DNA of 53,423 bases from Verrucomicrobiota bacterium (GCA_031423695.1 JANPGB010000286.1:1-53423); one strand, 5' to 3'. Counted from the first letter of the stretch, positions 1 to 9,476 are shown. Notes: generated by a model from the sequence alone, not told the origin. Made by a program: numbers and translations.

Positions 1-281
1 TCAATCGCGCGACGGAAGGCATCCGTGCAATCGGCCACCCCATCGCCCTTCGCGCCGTAACCGGTGATGTCAAAATCCTGCGCGGGAAACGTGGGCGGTT
101 TGATGCGGGCGAGAATCTCCGGCACCCTGGCCCAGGCAGCGGCGGCGGTCGCGGCGGATTTCTTGGCTTCCGCATCTTTCAGAAAGGTGACGGCGGCGGC
201 GCTGGCGTAGAAATTGGCGAAGAAGAGTGCGGAACAGGCCACGGAGCCGGCCATCCGGCGGAATGAATGGATTGCGATCAT
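1..281 (-). CDS. 5' part of a secreted pectin-lyase-fold / GH28-like glycoside hydrolase (continues off the left edge)
   Basis: Own minus-strand translation from ATG at 281: MIAIHSFRRMAGSVACSALFFANFYASAAA (signal-like), then FDITGYGAKGDGVADCTDAFRRAI. That is the N-terminal motif typical of GH28/pectate-lyase-superfamily proteins. It is absent from the ORF track because the window edge truncates it. Confidence 0.5.
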   Translation of the reverse strand, partial: MIAIHSFRRMAGSVACSALFFANFYASAAAVTFLKDAEAKKSAATAAAAWARVPEILARIKPPTFPAQDFDITGYGAKGDGVADCTDAFRRAI

Positions 282-460
282 GGGTTGTATGATCAGGGCG
301 CGCAGCCCGTTTTGGAATTCAAATCCGCTGCAAATGGCTTTGAGAAATGTGCATGCCGGGCATGGCTTCCGAAAGCCGGCCTTATTACCACTTGCCACAG
401 GACGGCGGCCCCTCGCACACTTCAGCACCTGAACGCATTCATCACTGAAAGGGAAAACCT

Positions 461-3400
461 ATGGAAGCTTTGATCGTTCTGCTTGTTCTCGCGGTGATTC
501 TCCTGCCGCTGGGCCTCGCCATCGCGGCCATGGTGCGCGCCTCGCAAGTCCGCAACCGCAGCGAAGAGCTAGCCCGCCGCCTGGGTGAACTTGAACTTGA
601 GGTTTACCGGCTCAAAAATGCAACGCCGACGCCAGCCGCAACTGAACCGGCCCCGACGCCGGCCAAAGTTTACCGCGTCCCCACGCACGAGGAAATCGTC
701 GAACCTCAAAAGGTCGGCGCACCTGCCACTCCGCCCCCCACGCCGGTCGCACCTCCGCCGTTTTCAATTCCGCCAACCAAGCCAGTGCACGTCAATCTTC
801 CGCCGCTGACGGCATCCGCGCCACCGCCCCCGCCAGTCATGCCCAGGCCCGCCGTTGCTTCGCCGCCCCGCAAGCCCGCGCCGGCCATCAACTGGGAGCA
901 GTTCATGGGCGTGAAACTGTTCGCGTGGGTGGGCGGTCTCGCGCTGTTCCTCGGCGTGGCGTTCTTCATTAAATACTCCTTCGACAACAACCTTATCTCG
1001 CCGGAACTACGAGTCGCGATTGGTTTCATCACCGGGCTTGGTCTGCTGGTCGGTGGCGTGGTGATGTCGCGTAAAAATTATCCCGCGCTCTCGCAGACAC
1101 TCTGCGCCACCGGCACCGTCATCCTCTACGCCGTCACATTTGCGTGCCGCTCAATCTATCACTTCGAGTTCTTCGGCCCGGTGCCGACTTTCCTGCTGAT
1201 GGTGCTCATCACGACGACCGCGTTCTTTGTCGCCGTGCGGCTCAACGCCCTCGTCGTCGCCATCCTCGGCATGTTGGGCGGCTTCCTCACCCCGCTGCTG
1301 CTCTCGACCGGCCAGGACAATCCACTTGGACTCTTCGGTTACATCGCCATCCTCGACACCGGGTTGGTCATTGTTGCGTTGAACCGCCGCTGGTTTTTCC
1401 TCACCGCCCTGGCCGCGCTCGGCACGGCCATCATGCAAATCGGCTGGGCGGACAAATTTTTCGAGGCCGAAAAATATTTTGAAGGCAACAAGATTGGTGT
1501 CGCGCTTGCCGTGCTGCTGGGCTTCAACGCGCTCTTCCTCATCGGCGCCTGGTGGGCCAAGCTTCGCGAAACGGCAGATCCGAAGCATTTCCTTGCCGAT
1601 AAGGCCCCGGCCTACTGGCTTTCGGGTTCCGTGCTGGGCCTGGTCGCCGTGACGTTCCTGTTCACGGCCTGGTTCCTGGATTTCCCGACGCTCGCCCAGC
1701 GACCGTGGCTGATGTTCGGGTTTGTGTTCCTGGTGGATTTGATCGTCGCCGCGTTGGTGCTGCTGGATGAAAAACTTTCCGCCGCCCAATCCGCCGCCGG
1801 TCTCGCGGCGTTCGGGTTGCTCGGCTTCTGGACGCAAAACTCCCTGACCAACGAGCTACTCAACCCCGCGCTCGTGTTTTATTTTATCTTCGCAATTTTC
1901 CACTCGCTGCTGCCCACGATTTTCAAACGCCTGCGCGGTGCGGCCCACCAGACCTGGCCCGGCCATCTTTTCCCGATCATCGCACTGGTGCTCGTGCTGG
2001 TGCCGATTTTCAAGCTCGCCGAAGTCTCGTTCATTGTCTGGCCGTTCATCCTGTTCGTGGATGTGCTGGCCATCATCGTCGCCGTGATGACGGCCCGGCT
2101 GCTGCCCGTGTTTGCCGTGCTGCTGCTGACGCTGGCGGCGACCGGCCTGCTCATCTTCAAAATTCCGGCGGAGCTGACGGGCATGCCGGCCTCGTTTTAC
2201 CTGCTCGGCGCGTTTGCGGTGTTCTTTGTCGCCGTGAGCGTCTGGGCGGTGCGCAAATTAAAACCCGAAGCGTTCGGGCGCGGCTTTAAGCTCAACGATG
2301 ACTTCGCTGATCCCGACAATCTCGCCGCCATGCTGCCCGCCGCTTCGGCGGCGCTGCCGTTTCTGCTGCTCATCATGGCCAGCATGCGGCTGCATCTGAC
2401 GAACCCATCGCCGCTCTTTGGGCTCGCGCTTTTGCTGGTGGTGTTGCTGTTTGGCCTGACCAAGATGTTTTCATTCGACGCATTGCCGGCGGTGGCGCTG
2501 GCTTGCACGGCGGCGCTGGAATGTGCGTGGCATTTCAACTGGTTCGACCCAGCCAATGCCAATCAGCCGATCAATCTGGTTCTAATCTGGTATCTGATTT
2601 TCCTCGGTGTGTTCACGCTATTCCCGTTCGTGTTTCTAAAACAGTTCCGCGATAAAACGATTCCGTGGGCAGCGGCGGCGCTGATTAGCCTGCCGCAATT
2701 CCTGCTGATCTACCGCTTCGTCCGCGCGGTGCATCCGAATGAAATGATGGGCCTGCTGCCTGCCGTGTTTGCGATTCCATCGCTGCTCGGCCTGGTTGTG
2801 GTGTTGAAAAAGATTCCGGCGGAAACCAAGGCGCGGATGACGCAACTCGCGTTCTTCGGCGGGGTGGCGCTGTTCTTTATCACGCTCATCTTTCCAATCC
2901 AGTTCGACCGGCAATGGATCACGCTCGGCTGGGCGCTGGAGGGCGCGGCGCTGCTGTGGCTGTTCCATCGGGTGCCACATCCCGGCTTGCGGCTGGTGGG
3001 CGCGGGTTTGCTGGTCGCGGCGTTCATCCGGCTCGTCAATCCCGCCGTGCTCGAATATCAAGTGCGCAGCGCGACGCCGATCTTCAACTGGTTCCTATAC
3101 TCCTACGGCATCGTGACGGTCTGCCTGTTCGTCGGCGCAAAACTGCTCGCGCCGCCGCGCCATCTGGTTTTGAAAACCAACGTGCCGCCCATCCTCGCCG
3201 CGCTCGGCACGGTGCTGGCCTTTCTCCTCATGAACCTCGAGATCGCCGACTACTTCACCACGCCCGGCGCGCGGGTGCGGTTTGAGGCCGGCGGCAACTT
3301 CGCGCGCACGATGACCTACACGATTTCGTGGGCGCTGTTTGCGCTGGTGCTGATCGTGATCGGCATCGTCCGCCGGCTTCCCGCTGCGCGTTACTCGGCG

Positions 3401-3586
3401 CTGGGTTTGTTAAGCGTGACGCTGATCAAACTTTTCTTCCACGACCTCGCGCACCTGAACCAGCTCTACCGAATTGGCGCATTCATCGGCGTGGCGGTGA
3501 TTGCCATGCTGGCCTCGTTCGCCTATCAACGCTTTTTCACCGCCGCCGACAAAGCCAAGGAAACAAAAGATGAAACGCCTCAATGA
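461..3586 (+). CDS. Large polytopic membrane protein, DUF2339-like
   Basis: 1041-aa ORF with an ATG start preceded by gaaaggga. It has an N-terminal TM, a coiled-coil (RRLGELELEVYRLKN), a Pro-rich linker, then more than 20 hydrophobic segments. The block NWEQFMGVKLFAWVGGLALFLGVAFFIKYSF resembles DUF2339. Confidence 0.75.
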   Translation: MEALIVLLVLAVILLPLGLAIAAMVRASQVRNRSEELARRLGELELEVYRLKNATPTPAATEPAPTPAKVYRVPTHEEIVEPQKVGAPATPPPTPVAPPPFSIPPTKPVHVNLPPLTASAPPPPPVMPRPAVASPPRKPAPAINWEQFMGVKLFAWVGGLALFLGVAFFIKYSFDNNLISPELRVAIGFITGLGLLVGGVVMSRKNYPALSQTLCATGTVILYAVTFACRSIYHFEFFGPVPTFLLMVLITTTAFFVAVRLNALVVAILGMLGGFLTPLLLSTGQDNPLGLFGYIAILDTGLVIVALNRRWFFLTALAALGTAIMQIGWADKFFEAEKYFEGNKIGVALAVLLGFNALFLIGAWWAKLRETADPKHFLADKAPAYWLSGSVLGLVAVTFLFTAWFLDFPTLAQRPWLMFGFVFLVDLIVAALVLLDEKLSAAQSAAGLAAFGLLGFWTQNSLTNELLNPALVFYFIFAIFHSLLPTIFKRLRGAAHQTWPGHLFPIIALVLVLVPIFKLAEVSFIVWPFILFVDVLAIIVAVMTARLLPVFAVLLLTLAATGLLIFKIPAELTGMPASFYLLGAFAVFFVAVSVWAVRKLKPEAFGRGFKLNDDFADPDNLAAMLPAASAALPFLLLIMASMRLHLTNPSPLFGLALLLVVLLFGLTKMFSFDALPAVALACTAALECAWHFNWFDPANANQPINLVLIWYLIFLGVFTLFPFVFLKQFRDKTIPWAAAALISLPQFLLIYRFVRAVHPNEMMGLLPAVFAIPSLLGLVVVLKKIPAETKARMTQLAFFGGVALFFITLIFPIQFDRQWITLGWALEGAALLWLFHRVPHPGLRLVGAGLLVAAFIRLVNPAVLEYQVRSATPIFNWFLYSYGIVTVCLFVGAKLLAPPRHLVLKTNVPPILAALGTVLAFLLMNLEIADYFTTPGARVRFEAGGNFARTMTYTISWALFALVLIVIGIVRRLPAARYSALGLLSVTLIKLFFHDLAHLNQLYRIGAFIGVAVIAMLASFAYQRFFTAADKAKETKDETPQ

Positions 3587-5762
3587 TCGAAGCACCACGC
3601 CTCCCAGCCACGGAGTGGCGGCAGGTAATAGCCCACGGCGTGAGCCGTGGGGAACGGCCATACAAACGGGCCGAGCCGCGGAGCAGCGAAAGAATTTTGA
3701 AGACGACGCTTTCTTTCGCCCCTGCCGGGGCTTGATCTATTTCAAATCCTCAACCCACGGCTCGCACCGTGGGCTACTCTCTGACGCTGCTCCGCAGCTA
3801 CTGTTGGCGCTGCTGACCTTCTTAAATTTTTCCCTGAACGCCGCGACTTTGCCCGCGGACTGGCGGCGCGAACAATCCTTCACCCTCTCCACCGCCGGCC
3901 TTACGAAGTTGAGCCTGCCGGTGGAAACGCTCGATGCCGCGCTGACCGCGCTCGAAGACTTGCGGCTCTACGATGACGCGGGGAACGAGGTGCCGTATGT
4001 AATCGAACGTCCCGTACCGACCGTGAAGATCGTGCGGACGGTGAAGTCCTTTCAGGTCGCGATGCAGGCCCGCGCCACAGTCATCACCATCGAAACCGGT
4101 CTCGGGCAACCGCTCGACACCGTCACGCTGGAGACGCCCGCGCTGGATTTCCTCAAGCCCGTGCGTGTGGAAGCTTCCGCCGATGGCCGTACCTGGCAGA
4201 AGCTCGCGCAAGGCCAGCCGGTCTTCCGCCAGCCGAATGGCGCGAGCCGGTTGCAGCTCAACTTTTCCTCCGGTGTCTGGGCGTGGCTGCGGCTGACCGT
4301 GGATGATCAGCGCACGGCTGCAATTCCATTCACGGGTGCCCGCGTTCAGGCGACCGTCACGGAATCGGCGCCTGTCGAATGGTCCCAGGCCCGCATTTCC
4401 GAAAGCCAAGAAAACCCCGGCGAGACCCGGCTCGCGTTGAATCTCGGAGCCGCGAACCTCAGCGTGGCGAACGTGTGGATTGCGACGGACGAACCGCTCT
4501 TCTCGCGCCACGTCACCCTGGCTGTGCCGCAAATCACGGAGGCCGAGATTCGTGAACAGGCCGTCGGGCAGGGTGCGGTTTATCGTGTCGCCGTCGAAGG
4601 GCAACCGGCGTCGGAAAATCTCTCAGTGCCCCTGGAGCAGCAGGTGCGCTCGCGCGAGCTGCTGGTATTCGTCAAAAACGAAAACAACCCGCCGCTGCCA
4701 ATCAAGTCGGTGCGGATCGAGCGGCGTCCGGTCTATCTCGTGTTCCTTGCGAAACAGGCCGGCACGTTTCATCTGCTCACTGGCAACGACCATTGCCCCG
4801 CGCCGAAATATGATCTTGCCGCGCTGGGCATGAACCTGAAATCCGTGGCCGTCTCTCCAGTCAAGATTTCGGCGCCGGCGGACAGCGCCAGCTATCGCGC
4901 GCCGGAAGTTTTGCCAGGCGTCGAGGATGGCGGCACGGCGCTGGACGTGGCGGATTGGAAATTTCGCCAGCCCGTCAAGCTGGCCCGTTCTGGCGCGCAG
5001 CAGCTTGAGCTCGGCCTTGAAGCGCTTTCCCAGGCCCAGCCGGGACTGGGCGATCTGCGATTGTTGCGCGGCGGAAAACAGGTCCCCTACCTGCTCGAAC
5101 ACACGTCCATCAGCCGCGCCATTCCGCCGGCGGTAACGGCAACGACCGACGCGAAAGATCCCAAGCTCAGCCGTTGGATCCTCAAACTGCCGCACGCCAA
5201 CCTGCCGGTCACGCGGCTCACCTGTGTGGCGCGCACGGCCCTGTTTGAGCGGGAGATCCGTGCGTACGAAGAGGTCGCTGATCAACGCGGAGAAAAGTAT
5301 CGACGCGCTCTGGGCGCGGCTTCCTGGGTTCAAATGCCCAACCGCACGAGCAAAGAATTTGTTCTGACGCTGAGCGGCCCGTTGCAATCCGACACGCTGT
5401 TTCTGGAAACCCACAACGGCGACAACGCCCCGATCAACCTCGAGAATTTTCAGCTGTTCCATCCCGTGTCGCGCGTGGTCTTCAAGGCCGCCGCCGGCGA
5501 TGATTTTTTTCTCTACTACGGCAACCGGCGCGTCGCCGCGCCGCGCTACGATCTGAGCCTGGTTGCCGGACAATTGCTGGCGGCGGAAAAATCCGCTGCC
5601 ACGTTGGCCGCGCGGGAGCAGCTCAAGAAATCGGCGTGGGGTGAAAACCGGATGCCCGGCCAGGGAGGCGTGTTGTTCTGGGGGATTCTCGCCGTCGTGG
5701 TCGTGGGGCTGCTCGTGGTCATTTCTCGGCTGCTGCCCAAGGCATCGCCACCGCCGTCATAG
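3570..5762 (+). CDS. DUF3999-like exported protein with a C-terminal TM anchor; start uncertain (ATG 3570 or TTG 3804)
   Basis: Long ORF. It carries two DLRL-x-GxxVPY motifs (LEDLRLYDDAGNEVPYV and LGDLRLLRGGKQVPYL) and a C-terminal anchor (VLFWGILAVVVVGLLVVISRLL). ATG 3570 has aagga upstream and overlaps the previous stop. A family-A repeat at 3628-3780 lies between this ATG and the hydrophobic signal core LLLALLTFLNFSLNAA. Confidence 0.7.
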   Translation: MKRLNDRSTTPPSHGVAAGNSPRREPWGTAIQTGRAAEQRKNFEDDAFFRPCRGLIYFKSSTHGSHRGLLSDAAPQLLLALLTFLNFSLNAATLPADWRREQSFTLSTAGLTKLSLPVETLDAALTALEDLRLYDDAGNEVPYVIERPVPTVKIVRTVKSFQVAMQARATVITIETGLGQPLDTVTLETPALDFLKPVRVEASADGRTWQKLAQGQPVFRQPNGASRLQLNFSSGVWAWLRLTVDDQRTAAIPFTGARVQATVTESAPVEWSQARISESQENPGETRLALNLGAANLSVANVWIATDEPLFSRHVTLAVPQITEAEIREQAVGQGAVYRVAVEGQPASENLSVPLEQQVRSRELLVFVKNENNPPLPIKSVRIERRPVYLVFLAKQAGTFHLLTGNDHCPAPKYDLAALGMNLKSVAVSPVKISAPADSASYRAPEVLPGVEDGGTALDVADWKFRQPVKLARSGAQQLELGLEALSQAQPGLGDLRLLRGGKQVPYLLEHTSISRAIPPAVTATTDAKDPKLSRWILKLPHANLPVTRLTCVARTALFEREIRAYEEVADQRGEKYRRALGAASWVQMPNRTSKEFVLTLSGPLQSDTLFLETHNGDNAPINLENFQLFHPVSRVVFKAAAGDDFFLYYGNRRVAAPRYDLSLVAGQLLAAEKSAATLAAREQLKKSAWGENRMPGQGGVLFWGILAVVVVGLLVVISRLLPKASPPPS
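3628..3780. repeat. Nested-palindrome element, family A, copy 1 (reverse orientation relative to copy 2)
   Basis: Terminal hairpins are cccacggc-gtga-gccgtggg (3632-3651) and cccacgg-ctcgca-ccgtggg (3754-3773). The reverse complement aligns along its length with 39031-39176, including the internal caagccccgg..ggggcg and ctttcgc blocks. Confidence 0.7.
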
Positions 5763-5834
5763 GAGCGCGGACAGCCTTGTCCGCAGAAGCTTTTCCACGG
5801 GCGGGAAATTGCGGGCAAGGCTGCCCGCGCTCCT
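5761..5834. repeat. Inverted-repeat hairpin between convergent gene ends (family D-like); possible bidirectional terminator
   Basis: aggagcgcggacagccttg (5761-5779) matches the reverse complement of caaggctgcccgcgctcct (5816-5834) at 18 of 19 positions. Each arm also holds its own 7-bp hairpin (gcggaca/tgtccgc and gcgggca/tgcccgc). There is no U-tract. Confidence 0.55.
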
Positions 5835-5858
5835 GAAAACTCCCGCGCCTCCGAGAGC

Positions 5859-6443
5859 CTACTCCGATTCATCGGGCGACGGCCGCGTGCCGCCCAGAAC
5901 TTTCAGGGCGAACTGCTCGTAAGGTGTCAGTACCCGGCCATGCGCGAGCGTCTCGTGAACAGCTTGGAGGCTCATGCAAAAATCCAGATCGTGCAGCGGG
6001 CGGTCGCGCAGGATGCGCTGCTTCCAGCGCGGTTCCTCGGTGACTTCCTGAATCTCCGCGGCGCTGCCGGGACGGAAGGACATCAGCCAGTGGTCGCGCT
6101 TGATGAAGCCCTCGGTTTCGCCCTTGGCCTCAAACCAGCCGTCGCAGAGCAGCAGGCACACGGATTTGCCTTGGTTGGAACCGATCCGATAGAAAACCAC
6201 GCGCGCTTCAAAGTCGCAGAAATGCGCGTAGGCGATCTGCTCCGCATCCGGCGGCGGCGGAGTGATCTGGGTCTGGAAGCCGAGCTTGAAGCCGTCTTTC
6301 GCGGACGGATCCTTTTCAAAGCAGAGGTTTTCGTCGAAGATCCAGACGAGGTCCGTCGGCAGCTGGCGCTGGCCCAGGAGGATTTTCCATTCGTTCAAGG
6401 CGTCCCGGAACGACGGACGGGCGAATTGAGGGAGGTTCGGCAT
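5859..6443 (-). CDS. Hypothetical protein, apparently translationally coupled to the upstream epimerase gene
   Basis: 194-aa ORF with an ATG start 3 nt after the epimerase stop (TAA-TTT-ATG on the minus strand). I recognise no family. Confidence 0.65.
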   Translation of the reverse strand: MPNLPQFARPSFRDALNEWKILLGQRQLPTDLVWIFDENLCFEKDPSAKDGFKLGFQTQITPPPPDAEQIAYAHFCDFEARVVFYRIGSNQGKSVCLLLCDGWFEAKGETEGFIKRDHWLMSFRPGSAAEIQEVTEEPRWKQRILRDRPLHDLDFCMSLQAVHETLAHGRVLTPYEQFALKVLGGTRPSPDESE

Positions 6444-6446
6444 AAA

Positions 6447-7418
6447 TTAAAAGGCGGTCTGTTTGAACCAGTCCACGAACACGGGGATGCCTTGTTCGAT
6501 CTTGGTATGGGGGTTGTAGCCCAGCCGGGCCTGAGCCTTGGAAATATTGGCGAACGTCAGCGGCACGTCGCCGGGCTGCATGGGCTGGCGGTCAATGATT
6601 GCCTTCTTGCCGAGGGCGCTTTCCAGCAGCTCGATCATGTAGCTCAGCTTCACGACCTGCGATTCGCCGAGGTTGAAAATTTCATAACCAAATTCCTGCT
6701 GCGTACAGGCCAGGATGCCGTCGAGGATGTCGCCGACAAAAGTATAGTCGCGCGCGGTCGAGCCGTCGCCGAAAACCGGAATCGGTTTTCCCGCCGTGAT
6801 GAGCTTCGCGAATTTGTAGATCGCCAGATCGGGGCGCTGACGGCGGCCATAGACCGTGAAGAAGCGGAGCATCACCACATCCATGCCGTAGATGTGATGA
6901 TAAACGTGGCCCAGCGCCTCGCAGCACAGCTTGCTCGCGGCGTACGGCGAAATGGCGGAGAAGATCGGATCGCTTTCCGAAAACGGCACCTTGGAATTCA
7001 GGCCATAGACCGAGGAGGTGGAGGCGATGGTGATTTTTTTGACGCCAGCATGGCGCGCGGCTTCGAGCACGTTGACCGTGCCTTCGACGTTCACGCGCTG
7101 GTAAAGGACCGGGTCAAGCAGGCTCGGCCGGACACCCGCACGGGCCGCGAGATGAATGATCTGGTCGAACTTCACGCTGGCGAACAACTGGTCCAGCGCG
7201 GCGCGGTCGGTGATCGTGCCTTTGACAAAAGTGAACGGCAGCCCGAGCGCCTGGATTTCCGCGAGGTTGCGCTGCTTGAATTTCGGATCGTAGAAATCGT
7301 TCAACTCGTCAAAAGCCCAGACCGCATGGCCCGAACGAAGCAGCCGCTCGCACAGATTCGATCCAATAAAGCCGGCGCCACCGGTGACGAGAAAGTTCAC
7401 GCCGGGAAAATTAGACAA
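6447..7418 (-). CDS. NAD-dependent nucleotide-sugar epimerase/dehydratase (UDP-glucuronate 4-epimerase-like)
   Basis: Carries TGGAGFIGSNL (Rossmann fold), YAASK (catalytic YxxxK) and MLRFFTVYGRRQRPDLA. The start is either TTG 7418 or GTG 7400 (MNFLVTGGAGFIGS). Confidence 0.9.
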   Translation of the reverse strand: MSNFPGVNFLVTGGAGFIGSNLCERLLRSGHAVWAFDELNDFYDPKFKQRNLAEIQALGLPFTFVKGTITDRAALDQLFASVKFDQIIHLAARAGVRPSLLDPVLYQRVNVEGTVNVLEAARHAGVKKITIASTSSVYGLNSKVPFSESDPIFSAISPYAASKLCCEALGHVYHHIYGMDVVMLRFFTVYGRRQRPDLAIYKFAKLITAGKPIPVFGDGSTARDYTFVGDILDGILACTQQEFGYEIFNLGESQVVKLSYMIELLESALGKKAIIDRQPMQPGDVPLTFANISKAQARLGYNPHTKIEQGIPVFVDWFKQTAF

Positions 7419-7550
7419 GGATGATGCAGGTGTCGAGCGTCGAGCGGTGGTGGAACTCGCACCGGGATGTCGCCGCGCGACAGCCCCACCACTTCACCAG
7501 GAAATTTTTCTGCTGCCCAACGCCGAAGCCCTGCTGTAACCTCCCGGTGC

Positions 7551-8612
7551 ATGAACATTTCGGAGCATCGCTCGGCCATTGACGCCCTCGACGCGCAACT
7601 CGTCAAACTCCTGAACGAGCGCACCCGGCACGTCCTGGCCATCGGCGAGATCAAACTCAAGGCCGGCGAGGAAATCTACGCGCCCCACCGCGAAAGCGCC
7701 GTCCTGCAGCGCATCTGCAAGTCCAACGCCGGCCCAATCACCAATGAATCCCTCCGCGCGATCTACCGTGAAATCATGTCCAGCGCGCTCTCGCTGGAAA
7801 AATCCCTGACCATCGCCTACTTCGGTCCGGAGGCCACGTTCACGCATCAGGCCGCCATCCGCCGTTTCGGTTCCAGCCTGCGCTACTCGCCGCACCGGAC
7901 CATTGCCGACGTGTTCGCCGAGGTCAGCAAGAACCGCGCGGACTACGGCGTCGTGCCCGTGGAGAACTCCACCGAAGGCGTCGTCACCCACACGCTCGAC
8001 ATGTTCGTGGACAGTGATCTGAAAATCGTCGCGCAGATTGTCCTGCCCGTGCAGCAATGCCTGTTGAGCAAATCGCCGCGCACGAAAATCAACAAGCTGT
8101 TCGTCCATCCGCAATCGCTCGCCCAGTGCCGCGGCTGGATTCAAAACAACCTGCCCGCCGCTGAAATCATCGAGACCTCCTCCAACGCGCGTTCCGCCGA
8201 GCTGTCCGCCAAGGAGAAGAACACCGCCGCCATCGCCGGCGTGCTGGCCGCCGAGAAGTACGGCCTGAATGTGCTGGAGCTGGACATCCAGGACAACGCC
8301 GCCAACGCCACCCGCTTCCTTGTGCTGGGCCGCCAGTGCAGTCCGCCCACCGGCAAAGACCGCACCAGCCTCATGGTCAGCATCGCGGACACGGTCGGCG
8401 CGCTGCATCACGCGCTGGCTGCCTTCCGCCGCGCTCGCATCAATCTCACCAAGATCGAATCGCGCCCCAGCAAGCGGAAGGCGTGGGAGTATTTCTTCTT
8501 CATTGACTGCGACGGCCACCAGCACGACCGCAAAGTCGCGCGCGCCATCGAGGCGTTGGGCAAGGAATGCAGTTTCGTCAAGGTCCTCGGCTCGTATCCG
8601 AATTCCGAATAG
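7551..8612 (+). CDS. pheA: Bifunctional chorismate mutase / prephenate dehydratase
   Basis: From in-frame ATG 7551: MNISEHRSAIDALDAQLVKLLNERTRHVLAIGEIK (chorismate mutase). This is followed by IAYFGPEATFTHQAA, PVENSTEGVV and a C-terminal ACT-like region. The track ORF start at 7467 is an upstream extension. Confidence 0.9.
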   Translation: MNISEHRSAIDALDAQLVKLLNERTRHVLAIGEIKLKAGEEIYAPHRESAVLQRICKSNAGPITNESLRAIYREIMSSALSLEKSLTIAYFGPEATFTHQAAIRRFGSSLRYSPHRTIADVFAEVSKNRADYGVVPVENSTEGVVTHTLDMFVDSDLKIVAQIVLPVQQCLLSKSPRTKINKLFVHPQSLAQCRGWIQNNLPAAEIIETSSNARSAELSAKEKNTAAIAGVLAAEKYGLNVLELDIQDNAANATRFLVLGRQCSPPTGKDRTSLMVSIADTVGALHHALAAFRRARINLTKIESRPSKRKAWEYFFFIDCDGHQHDRKVARAIEALGKECSFVKVLGSYPNSE

Positions 8613-8682
8613 TCGTGTCCTGTTTATTGCGGATGCCCTGTCGGCACATTTCGCTTATCAAGCCACGCCGAAGCTGCTACAC

Positions 8683-9393
8683 ATGGGTCTCATGCAAGGC
8701 GAGCAAACCGAAAACCGTTACTTCATCTGGGGAATTGATGAATGTTCCTATGGCCCGGCCGAACTGGCGACCCTCGTGAATTGGATTAAAGATGAGCGGG
8801 TGCTGCCCGACACCTGGGTCTTCACCCGCGGTGACAACTCCTGGCGGCAGGCCCGCGACATTGCGGAGCTCAAAATGTTTTTCAGCCGCACCACGAGCAC
8901 GGCGACCGGCGGAACCGCCCAGCCCGGCATGACGCCCGGCGCCTTGCGGCGGATAAAAATCCTCGCGGAACTCAGCGATCCCCAGCTCGCTCACCTGTCG
9001 GATTACTTGGAGAAGCAGCGCGTGACCCAATGGTCGGTGGTCGTGAGACAAGGGGAAAAAGGCGACGCCATGTTTTTTATCCTCGAGGGCGAGCTGCGCG
9101 CCCGCGTCATGGCCGGCGAACGTGAAACGATTCTTTGCACCTTCGGCCCCGGCGAAATTTTCGGCGACATGGCGCTGTTCGATCACGGCCCGCGTTCGGC
9201 GGACGTGGTGGCCAATGTGGACAGTACGGTCGTGAAATTATCCGCCGCGCAATTCGAGCGCCTGACGAAAGAGGCTCCGGCGCTCGCCGCGCCTTTTCTG
9301 CAGGCCACTGCCAGGACTCTCGCCGCCCGGATTCGCGCGGACAACAAGCGGCTGGACCGGGTGACGCAGCAGTTCAGCGCCAGTCCGCGCTGA
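8683..9393 (+). CDS. GYF_2 (DUF4339)-like N-terminal domain fused to a cyclic-nucleotide-binding domain
   Basis: In-frame ATG at 8683. YFIWGIDECSYGPAELATLVNWIKDERVLPDTWVF is GYF_2-like. GEKGDAMFFILEGELRA...FGPGEIFGDMALFDHGPRSADVVA is the cNMP-binding signature. Confidence 0.8.
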   Translation: MGLMQGEQTENRYFIWGIDECSYGPAELATLVNWIKDERVLPDTWVFTRGDNSWRQARDIAELKMFFSRTTSTATGGTAQPGMTPGALRRIKILAELSDPQLAHLSDYLEKQRVTQWSVVVRQGEKGDAMFFILEGELRARVMAGERETILCTFGPGEIFGDMALFDHGPRSADVVANVDSTVVKLSAAQFERLTKEAPALAAPFLQATARTLAARIRADNKRLDRVTQQFSASPR

Positions 9394-9408
9394 GGCTTCG
9401 TTAAATTT

Positions 9409-9476
9409 GCAGGAGACGACGTGAGGGGCTTTGGCTGACCCTGGAAGAAATTTGAGACTCGTTACCTCGTCCCCCA
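9409..9476. repeat. Degenerate hairpin related to family E
   Basis: gcaggagacgacgtgaggggct (9409-9430) and gagactcgttacctcgtccccca (9454-9476) pair imperfectly (about 14 of 22). The arm resembles gtaggagccgacgtaaggaggctc at 51509. Confidence 0.35.

Noticed and set aside
5940-7424. 494-aa plus-strand ORF
   Set aside because: Shadow ORF antisense to the epimerase gene and the hypothetical gene at 5859-6443. It has low-complexity Arg/Ala/Gly composition.
7421-7582. 53-codon upstream ORF ahead of pheA (MMQVSSVERWW...FTRKFFCC...), considered as a Phe-rich attenuator leader
   Set aside because: It has only three scattered Phe codons, overlaps the pheA start, and has no terminator/antiterminator pair that I could fold by eye.
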